DNA from: Salmonella phage vB_SalS_ABTNLsp9
Reading direction: 5' to 3' (one strand)
Length of the DNA stretch: 32,000 nt
Sequence record: MW149275.1
The position numbers and the translations under genes were made by a program. Below are positions 24,281 through 32,000 of this stretch, one piece after another (positions within the stretch are counted from its first letter, which is position 1; each line of letters begins with the position of its first letter). The notes below the pieces were generated by a model. The model had not been told where the DNA came from. It made no database searches and saw only the letters and a list, made by a program, of their open reading frames with translations.

Positions 24281-27200
24281 ATGACTGATAAGCTAATACG
24301 AGAATTACTAATAGACGTTAAGCAGAAGGGGGCAACTCGTACTGCAAAGTCTATTGAAAACGTATCTGATGCGTTGGAAAACGCTGCTGCTGCTTCCGAA
24401 CTGACAAACGAGCAGTTAGGTAAAATGCCCAAAACCCTTTACTCCATTGAGAGGGCAGCGGATAGAGCAGCGAAAAGTCTTACTAAAATGCAAGCTAGTA
24501 GGGGTATGGCTGGTATCACTAAATCTATCAATGATATTGGTGATAAACTAGACTACCTAGCTATCCAACTTATTGAAGTAACAGATAAGCTAGAGATGGG
24601 ATTCGATGGAGTTTCTAGATCTGTTAAAGCAATGGGTAATGATGTTGCAGCTGCAACAGAGAAAGTTCAAGATAGACTATATGATACTAATAGAGCATTA
24701 GGTGGCACAGCTAGAGGTTTTAATGACACTGCTGGTGCCGCTGGTAGAGCTTCTAGAGCTATTGGTAATACTTCTGGTTCAGCACGCGGTGCAACTCGTG
24801 ATTTTGCAGCAATGGCTAAGATCGGTGGTAGTCTACCTATTATGTACGCAGCTCTTGCTTCCAACATCTTCGTTTTGCAATCAGCATTTGAACAACTTAA
24901 ACTAGGTGATCAGCTAAATCGTCTAGAAAAATTTGGTGTTATAGTAGGTACTCAGACAGGTACTCCTGTTCAGACCCTTGCTAGATCACTACAAGAAGCT
25001 GCTGGATATGCTATTTCTTTTGAGGAAGCAATGAGACAGGCATCTTCAGCATCCGCTTATGGATTTGATGCTGAACAACTTAATAAATTTGGTTTAGTAG
25101 CTCGTCGTGCGGCTGCTGTTCTTGGCGTTGATATGACTGATGCACTTAACCGTGTAATTAAGGGCGTATCTAAACAAGAAATCGAACTTCTGGATGAACT
25201 TGGTGTCACCATCCGTCTTAATGACGCATACGCTGATTATGTTAAACAGTTAAATGCTGCAAACACAGGTATAACATATAATGTTAATAGTCTTACCACT
25301 TTCCAGAAGCAACAAGCATACGCTAACGCGGTAATTGCTGAATCTACTAAACGGTTTGGCTACCTAGATGAAGTACTACGTGCAACTCCATGGGAGCAAT
25401 TTGCTGCTAATGCAGATGCTGCACTAAGAAAAATACAACAAGCTGCTGCTAAGTATTTAGGGCCAGTAATTGATGCTATCAACACAGTATTTTATACGTC
25501 TCAGGCTTCTATATCTGCCGAAGCAGCTAGAGCTCAAGAAAAAACTAATAGGCAGATAGACCCTACCAACGTTGGTGCTGTTGCTTTAAGTTTAGCTGCT
25601 TCTGAAGAAGGCTATAATAAAGCTCTAGATATGTATAAGGAATCTCTTGATAAGCGTAATAAGCTAAAATCTGAGTTCGATAAACGAATGGAACAAGCAG
25701 ATTTCTATACAAAACTAGCTATACGTCAAGTTGGTGAAGGTATTCCTGTTGGTCTTGCAGCAGCAGGTGCTTCGGAGGCCAATAAGCAATTTGTAGCAGA
25801 AACCGCAGCTATGGGCCTACAAGTAGCTAGACTTGGTAAGGAAGTAGAGGATTCTACTGAAAACCTTAATGCCTGGAAATCAGCGTATCAAGCTGCCGGG
25901 GCTGCTGCTGCAAAGGCTAGTCCACAGTTTCAGAAGCAAATTAATCTACAGAGAGATACTACTGATCCTGATGCTGTATACGATTTTAACTCTACTGTAC
26001 TAAAAGGTCTAACTGAGCAGCAGAAAGCATACAATCAGACTAAGAAAACTGCTAGTGACTTAGCTAATGATATACAGAACGTTGCTCAGAGTACAGATAC
26101 TGCTGCTAAAACTAGTGCTACTTTAGCAGATGCTATAAAAAACATAGAATCTCTATCTCTAGGTACTGGTAAGAGTGCTGATGAGTACGTTAAAAATCTT
26201 AACCTAGGCTATAACACTCTGTCTGAAATGAAAACTGCGTCTCAGGCCTTATCTGAGTACGTTAAACTAACTGGTAATGAGACTAAGAACCAGTTAGCAG
26301 TCCAACAGAAGATAGCCGATGTATATAACCAAACTAAGGATAAAGAAAAAGCACAGGAAGCTGGTAGGCGTTTAGAACTCCAACAGTTAGAAGAGCAAGA
26401 AGCTGCTTTACGCCGTGTTCTTCAAACAAACCAGGGAAATAAAGCTGTTGAGAAAGAAATTGAAAAAATTCAGCTGGAGAAACTTAAACTTACCAATCAG
26501 GGTATGGAGGCTCAGAAGAAGGTTAAGGATTATACAGATAAAATTCTTGGTGTAGACCGTGAGATAGCTCTTCTGAATGACCGTACTATGACTAGCACTC
26601 AGTATAGATTAGCACAGTTAAAGTTAGAACTAACTATAGAGGAAGAAAAATACGAGTGGTACTTAAAACAAGCGGATAAACAAAAAGAGGCAGAACAGTC
26701 TAGACGTGCTCAAGCACAGATAAGCAGAGAGTTATGGGAAGCAGAGAAACAAGCTACTGCTACTCATGTATCCGCTCTTATGGATGCCTTAGAGGTTAGC
26801 CAAACGCAGAGAAATGTCACTGGTCAGGCCCAGATTCTCACTGAAAGGTTATCCATTCTGCAGCAGCAGCTGGAGCTGTCTAAAGATAATACTGAAGAAG
26901 AAATTAAATATCGCAATGAGATTTATAAAACTTCAGCAGCCTTAGAACAGCTTAAAAAGCAAAGAGAGGATCAAAAGTACAAATCAGTCGTATCCTCACT
27001 AGGGGGTACCTTCACTCCTACCTATGGATTATCTGGTGCTGATAAGGAGTTTGCTGATTTTGAGAATAGAATGTCTATGTATGATCAGGCTATAGCTAAG
27101 ATGTCAGAAGTGGATTCTGCGTCTACAGCATTGGCTAACAGCATAGGTAATTTCTCCTTAGCAGTGGTGGCTAATGCACAAGATAGCTTGGATAGTATAA

Positions 27201-27961
27201 CAACCATATCTGCAGGTATGCAGATGGTGGGACAGATGATGGCATATTCTGCTAACCAGCAAATAAGTGCAATAGACCAGGCTATTGCAGCAGAACAGAA
27301 GCGTGATGGTAAATCTGAGGAATCTAAAGCTAAAATCAAGAAGTTGGAGGCAGAAAAGACTAAGATACAACAGCGAGAAGCTAAAAAGCAAATAATCATA
27401 TCTACAGCCGTAGCTATGATGAACGCTGCAGCTACCCGTCCGTTCTTACCATTAGGGTTAACGATGATGGCCACTGCGGCTGCTGCAGGCGCACTATCCT
27501 TAGCCGCTGCTTCTGGTGCATCCTCTATACCCTCTGTGGATTCTGGAGCAAATACAACTAGTTACCTAACCTTAGGAGAGCGTCAGAAGAATATAGATGT
27601 GTCTATGTCTGCTAATGCTGGTGAATTATCTTATATCAGAGGCGATAAAGGTATAGGTGGTGCTAATTCTTTCGTTCCTCGTGCTGAGGGTGGTAATATG
27701 TACCCTGGGGTTAGTTATCAAATGGGTGAACATGGTACAGAAGTAGTTACCCCTATGGTTCCTATGAAAGCTACACCTAATGATGAGCTAAAAACTTCAT
27801 CTAACTCAACTTCAGGAAGACCTATCATCCTGAATATTAGTGCTATGGATGCTGCAAGTTTTAGAGAGTTTGCTTCTAGTAATAGTGGTGCTCTAAGAGA
27901 CGCAGTAGAATTAGCTCTGAATGAGAACGGTGCTAGTCTGAAAACATTAGGAAATTCTTAA
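24281..27961 (+). CDS. Tape measure protein pb2-like (1226 aa)
   Basis: Long helical protein with central and C-terminal hydrophobic segments; size close to T5 pb2; position. Confidence 0.93.
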   Translation: MTDKLIRELLIDVKQKGATRTAKSIENVSDALENAAAASELTNEQLGKMPKTLYSIERAADRAAKSLTKMQASRGMAGITKSINDIGDKLDYLAIQLIEVTDKLEMGFDGVSRSVKAMGNDVAAATEKVQDRLYDTNRALGGTARGFNDTAGAAGRASRAIGNTSGSARGATRDFAAMAKIGGSLPIMYAALASNIFVLQSAFEQLKLGDQLNRLEKFGVIVGTQTGTPVQTLARSLQEAAGYAISFEEAMRQASSASAYGFDAEQLNKFGLVARRAAAVLGVDMTDALNRVIKGVSKQEIELLDELGVTIRLNDAYADYVKQLNAANTGITYNVNSLTTFQKQQAYANAVIAESTKRFGYLDEVLRATPWEQFAANADAALRKIQQAAAKYLGPVIDAINTVFYTSQASISAEAARAQEKTNRQIDPTNVGAVALSLAASEEGYNKALDMYKESLDKRNKLKSEFDKRMEQADFYTKLAIRQVGEGIPVGLAAAGASEANKQFVAETAAMGLQVARLGKEVEDSTENLNAWKSAYQAAGAAAAKASPQFQKQINLQRDTTDPDAVYDFNSTVLKGLTEQQKAYNQTKKTASDLANDIQNVAQSTDTAAKTSATLADAIKNIESLSLGTGKSADEYVKNLNLGYNTLSEMKTASQALSEYVKLTGNETKNQLAVQQKIADVYNQTKDKEKAQEAGRRLELQQLEEQEAALRRVLQTNQGNKAVEKEIEKIQLEKLKLTNQGMEAQKKVKDYTDKILGVDREIALLNDRTMTSTQYRLAQLKLELTIEEEKYEWYLKQADKQKEAEQSRRAQAQISRELWEAEKQATATHVSALMDALEVSQTQRNVTGQAQILTERLSILQQQLELSKDNTEEEIKYRNEIYKTSAALEQLKKQREDQKYKSVVSSLGGTFTPTYGLSGADKEFADFENRMSMYDQAIAKMSEVDSASTALANSIGNFSLAVVANAQDSLDSITTISAGMQMVGQMMAYSANQQISAIDQAIAAEQKRDGKSEESKAKIKKLEAEKTKIQQREAKKQIIISTAVAMMNAAATRPFLPLGLTMMATAAAAGALSLAAASGASSIPSVDSGANTTSYLTLGERQKNIDVSMSANAGELSYIRGDKGIGGANSFVPRAEGGNMYPGVSYQMGEHGTEVVTPMVPMKATPNDELKTSSNSTSGRPIILNISAMDAASFREFASSNSGALRDAVELALNENGASLKTLGNS

Positions 27962-27967
27962 AACTGG

Positions 27968-27992
27968 AGGAGGACTTTGAGTCCTCCTTTTC
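27968..27992 (+). terminator. Rho-independent terminator AGGAGGAC-TTTGA-GTCCTCCT-TTTC
   Basis: Perfect stem followed by T-rich stretch. Confidence 0.88.
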
Positions 27993-28014
27993 TTTATGGA
28001 AAAATAAAAATTTC

Positions 28015-28043
28015 TTGATAAAATTTTCTAATACTATTATAAT
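28015..28043 (+). promoter_or_regulatory. Sigma70-like promoter TTGATA-N17-TATAAT upstream of pb9-like gene
   Basis: 5/6 match at -35, 17-bp spacer, 6/6 match at -10, just after the TMP terminator. Confidence 0.75.
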
Positions 28044-28070
28044 ATTGTTATTAAAGAGGAGAAATTAACT

Positions 28071-28685
28071 ATGAGATTACCAGACCCATACACGAATCCA
28101 GAACTTTCAGGCTTAGGATTCGAAAGTGTTAACCTGATTGATAATGACCCAGTAATTCGTGATGAGTTACCAAATGGTAAAGTTAACGAAGTTAAGGTAT
28201 CTGCTCAATACTGGGGTATAAATATTTCTTATCCAGAATTATTTCCAGATGAATACAGTGTTCTAGATGCCTTTATCCTAGAATACAAAAGGACAGGTGG
28301 TTATATTGATGTTATACTACCACAATACGAAGCTTTTAGAGTTAGAGGTAATACTAGTCTAGTAAATATACCCGCTGGACAGAAGGGTTCTAATATAACT
28401 ATGGATACAAAAGGACTTCTTACAGGTACTCCAAAACCGGGGGATCTATTTAAGCTGTCTAACCACCCAAAAGTATATAAAATAACATCATTTAACAAAT
28501 CAGGTAATACATGGTCTATAAACCTATACCCTGATTTATTTATAACTACTACTGGAGCGGAGAAGCCAGTATTTAATGGAATACTATTTAGAACAAAACT
28601 CATGAATGGCGATGCTTTTGGGTCTACACTAAATAATAACGGAACATATTCCAACATCTCATTAAATTTACGGGAAAGTCTATGA
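28071..28685 (+). CDS. Distal tail protein pb9-like (204 aa)
   Basis: Length equals T5 pb9; located between TMP and hub. Confidence 0.9.
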   Translation: MRLPDPYTNPELSGLGFESVNLIDNDPVIRDELPNGKVNEVKVSAQYWGINISYPELFPDEYSVLDAFILEYKRTGGYIDVILPQYEAFRVRGNTSLVNIPAGQKGSNITMDTKGLLTGTPKPGDLFKLSNHPKVYKITSFNKSGNTWSINLYPDLFITTTGAEKPVFNGILFRTKLMNGDAFGSTLNNNGTYSNISLNLRESL

Positions 28686-31531
28686 AAAAAATATTAGATA
28701 GTGCTAGAAACTACTTAAAAAATAATAGCAGAATAAAAACTGCTAGTCTAATTTCTCTAGAGTTGCCTAGCTCTACTGGTACTAGTACTGCTTTTATTTA
28801 TTTAACTGATTATTTTAGAGATGTACTATATAATGGTATTTTGTATCAGGCTGGTAAAGTTAAATCTATTAGCGCACATAAACAAAACAGAGATTTATCT
28901 ATTGGCAGTCTATCTTTTACTATTACGGGTACAGCGCAGGATGAAGTACTGAAATTAGTGCAGAATGGTGTGTCCTTTTTAGATAGAACAGTATCAATCC
29001 ACCAAGCAATTATTACAGAGGATGGTTCTATTTTACCTGTAGACCCAGACACAAACGGGCCTTTATTATACTTTAGAGGTAGAATTACTGGTGGAGGTAT
29101 TAAGGATAATATTAGTACTTCGGGAGTTGGAACCTCCACAATTACTTGGAATTGTTCTAACCAATTCTATGATTTTGATAGGGTTAATGGTAGATTTACT
29201 GATGATGCTTCTCATAGGGGGCTTGAAGTTGTAGCAGGGCAATTACTTCCATCTAACGGGGCTAAAAGACTTGAGTACCAAGAAGACTACGGTTTCTTTC
29301 ACGCTAATAAAAGTATCTCTATTCTAGCAAAATATCAGGTACAGGAGGAAAGATACAAGCTAAAGTCTAAGAAAAAGCTATTTGGTCTATCCAGAAGTTA
29401 TAGTCTTAAAAAGTATTATGAGACTGTTACTAAAGAAGTAGATATAGATTTTAACCTTGCTGCTAAATATATACCAGTAGTTTATGGTGTACAGAAAATA
29501 CCTGGAATACCTATTTTTGCGGATACGGAATTACATAATCCTAATATAGTTTACGTAGTATATGCTTTTGCTGAAGGAGAGATAGACGGTTTTCTTGACT
29601 TTTCCTTTGGTGATAATCCTATGATTTGTATGGACTCTAATGATAGCTCTGCTAGAACCTGCTTCGGTGTTAAAAAAGTAGCAGGAGACACCATGCAAAG
29701 AATAGCATCAGGAATACCTTCTAGTAGTCCTTCTGTGCACGGCCAGGAATATAAATATAACGATGGTAATGGTGATATAAGGATTTGGACTTATCATGGA
29801 AAAGCCGATCAAACTGCTTCTGAAGTATTAGTAAATATAGCGAAGGAGCGTGGGTTCTATCTCCAAAGTATGAACGGTAATGGACCTGAGTACTGGGATG
29901 CTAGATATAAACTATTAGATACTGCATACGCGGTAGTACGCTTTACTATTAATGAAAATAGAACTGAGATCCCAGAAGTTAGTGCTGAGATTCAGGGTAA
30001 GAAGATAAAAATCTATCATTCTGACGGTAGAGTAACTGCTAATAGCACTAGTTTAAATGGTATCTGGCAAACACTTGATTACTTAACTTCAGATAGATAT
30101 GGTGCTAACATTACTATTGATCAGTTCCCTCTTCAACAATTGATACAAGAAGCTGCTATCTTAGATATTATAGATGAATCTTACCAGGTATCTTGGCAGC
30201 CATACTGGAGATACGTTGGGTGGACTGATCCATTAGCAGAAAATAGACAAATAGTACAAATGAATACTATTCTAGATACATCTGAATCAGTATTTAAAAA
30301 TGTGCAAGGTTTGCTAGAATCCTATGGTGGGGCTATTAACAACTTATCTGGTCAATATAGGATTACTGTAGAAAAATATTCTAATACTCCATTAGAGATT
30401 AATTTTCTGGATACTTATGGTGATTTAGAGTTATCAGATACTACTGGTAGAAATAAATTCAATTCAGTTCAAGCATCCATCGTAGACCCAGCTCTTAGCT
30501 GGAAAACTAACTCTATTACCTTTTATAACTCTAGATATAAAGAGCAAGATAAAAATTTAGACAAAAAATTACAATTATCTTTTGCAAATATAACTAACTA
30601 CTATACTGCTAGAAGTTTTGCAGACAGAGAACTTAAGAAATCTAGGTATTCTAGAACCCTCTCATTTTCTTTACCATATCAATTCATTGGTATTGAGCCT
30701 AACGATGCTATTGCATTTACATACGACCGTTACGGATGGGATAAGAAATACTTTTTAGTAGATGAAGTCGAAAACTCTAGGGAAGGAAAGATAAACGTTA
30801 CTCTACAAGAGTATGGGGAAGATGTATTTATCAACTCTGATCAAGTAGATAATAGTGGTAATGATATACCAGATATTAGTAACAATGTTCTCCCTCCTAG
30901 AGATTTTAAATATACCCCTACGCCCGGTGGTTTAGTTGGTTCTATAGGAAAAAATGGTGAGTTATCTTGGCTTCCAAGCTTAACTAATAATGTAGTTTAC
31001 TACTCTATCGTGCATTCCGGTCATGCTGAGCCTTATATTGTGCAGCAACTAGAAACAAATCCCAATGAACGCATGATCCAAGAGATAATTGGAGAGCCTG
31101 CAGGTTTAGCAATATTTGAAATAAGGGCTGTGGATATAAATGGTAGAAGAAGTTCTCCAGTAACATTATCTATAGAACTTAACTCTGCTAAAAACCTAAG
31201 CGTAGTATCTAATTTTAGGGTAACTAATACGGCTTCTGGGGATGTAACTGAGTTTGTCGGCCCAGATGTAAGACTAGCTTGGGATAGGATACCAGAAGAA
31301 GATATAATAGAAAGTATATTCTATACTCTGGAGATCTATGATTCTCAGAATAGAATGCTAAGAAGTGTACGTATTGAAAATCAGTATACTTATGACTATT
31401 TATTAACGTATAATAAGGCAGATTTTGCTCTTCATAACAGTGATGCTCTAGGAATCAATAGAAAACTATATTTTCGTATTAGAGCAGAAGGAGATGATGG
31501 AGAACAGTCTGTGGAGTGGGCATCCATTTAA
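28682..31531 (+). CDS. Baseplate hub / tail tip protein pb3-like (949 aa)
   Basis: Length equals T5 pb3; C-terminal fibronectin type III-like segments. Confidence 0.9.
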   Translation: MKKILDSARNYLKNNSRIKTASLISLELPSSTGTSTAFIYLTDYFRDVLYNGILYQAGKVKSISAHKQNRDLSIGSLSFTITGTAQDEVLKLVQNGVSFLDRTVSIHQAIITEDGSILPVDPDTNGPLLYFRGRITGGGIKDNISTSGVGTSTITWNCSNQFYDFDRVNGRFTDDASHRGLEVVAGQLLPSNGAKRLEYQEDYGFFHANKSISILAKYQVQEERYKLKSKKKLFGLSRSYSLKKYYETVTKEVDIDFNLAAKYIPVVYGVQKIPGIPIFADTELHNPNIVYVVYAFAEGEIDGFLDFSFGDNPMICMDSNDSSARTCFGVKKVAGDTMQRIASGIPSSSPSVHGQEYKYNDGNGDIRIWTYHGKADQTASEVLVNIAKERGFYLQSMNGNGPEYWDARYKLLDTAYAVVRFTINENRTEIPEVSAEIQGKKIKIYHSDGRVTANSTSLNGIWQTLDYLTSDRYGANITIDQFPLQQLIQEAAILDIIDESYQVSWQPYWRYVGWTDPLAENRQIVQMNTILDTSESVFKNVQGLLESYGGAINNLSGQYRITVEKYSNTPLEINFLDTYGDLELSDTTGRNKFNSVQASIVDPALSWKTNSITFYNSRYKEQDKNLDKKLQLSFANITNYYTARSFADRELKKSRYSRTLSFSLPYQFIGIEPNDAIAFTYDRYGWDKKYFLVDEVENSREGKINVTLQEYGEDVFINSDQVDNSGNDIPDISNNVLPPRDFKYTPTPGGLVGSIGKNGELSWLPSLTNNVVYYSIVHSGHAEPYIVQQLETNPNERMIQEIIGEPAGLAIFEIRAVDINGRRSSPVTLSIELNSAKNLSVVSNFRVTNTASGDVTEFVGPDVRLAWDRIPEEDIIESIFYTLEIYDSQNRMLRSVRIENQYTYDYLLTYNKADFALHNSDALGINRKLYFRIRAEGDDGEQSVEWASI

Positions 31532-32000
31532 TGATTTCGAATAATGCACCAGCCAAAATGGTCTTAAATAGTATAATGACTGGATATACAATGGCATATG
31601 TCCAGCACTCTATATATACTGACTATGACGTTATTGGCAGATCTTTTTGGTTAAAGACAGGAGAAAGTATAGATAGACGTGATTATACTGGTATAGATAC
31701 TTTCTTCGTAATGATTAATAATCTGACCCCTTCAACCTCTTATGAGATTCAAGGGGCTTTCTACGACTCTATTATTGATTCTGAACTACTAGAGGCTAAG
31801 ATTGGTATCAATCTCTCTAATGAGACTAACTTTAGGACAAAAGAGAAGCCAACAATTGTTGCAGCAAGATCTGAATCAGAACCTGTGGATGTTGGGGTAG
31901 GTGCACCGATAGTTGTCGTAGAAACAACTGGTGAAGCAAGCTACTGTACTATTGAGTTAAAAAGTACAGCTACTGAAGACAGTCCTTGGACTAAGTATTA
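31531..32000 (+). CDS. Tail protein pb4-like, partial (runs off window)
   Basis: ORF opens at an ATG overlapping the stop of the hub gene (TAATG) and stays open to the window end: MISNNAPAKMVLNSIMTGYNMAYVQHSIYTDYDVIGR... Confidence 0.75.
   Translation, partial: MISNNAPAKMVLNSIMTGYTMAYVQHSIYTDYDVIGRSFWLKTGESIDRRDYTGIDTFFVMINNLTPSTSYEIQGAFYDSIIDSELLEAKIGINLSNETNFRTKEKPTIVAARSESEPVDVGVGAPIVVVETTGEASYCTIELKSTATEDSPWTKY

Noticed and set aside
24667-27474. Antisense ORFs in the tape measure gene (e.g. 27085..27474, 129 aa)
   Set aside because: Typical shadow ORFs opposite a biased, helical, Ala/Gln-rich coding sequence.
1-32000. CRISPR array, integrase or lysogeny module, tRNA genes
   Set aside because: No regular repeat-spacer array, no integrase/repressor ORF and no tRNA cloverleaf recognised. 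The 413-1012 repeats lack uniform spacers.

Overview
This window looks like a T5-family (Tequintavirus-like) siphophage genome, written in the opposite orientation to the usual T5 map. Roughly 1-10.1 kb resembles the T5 pre-early / first-step-transfer (terminal repeat) region. It contains a repeat-rich non-coding stretch with DnaA boxes, a leftward cluster of small genes (about 1.6-4.3 kb), and rightward genes that include A2-like, A1-like metallophosphoesterase and dmp-like 5'-deoxyribonucleotidase. Next comes a leftward operon with an Llp-like lipoprotein driven by a T5 PN25-type early promoter, then the divergent pb5/oad-like receptor-binding protein. The late module follows: TerS, TerL, HNH, portal, pb10 decoration protein, protease, pb8 capsid, connector/completion proteins, tail terminator, pb6 tail tube, tape-measure chaperones, pb2 tape measure, pb9 distal tail, pb3 hub and the start of a pb4-like fibre protein. 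The most interesting signals are: a Fur-box-like repeat array; eight copies of GTCGGATTTGCACA; an inverted duplication carrying DnaA boxes around the leftward cluster; a 25-bp near-perfect inverted repeat around a 67-aa ORF; untracked small membrane-protein genes; a hairpin+leader module between pre-early genes; and a probable +1 (or -2) recoding site in the tail chaperone genes. All assignments come from reading the sequence and recalled family knowledge; no database search was run.
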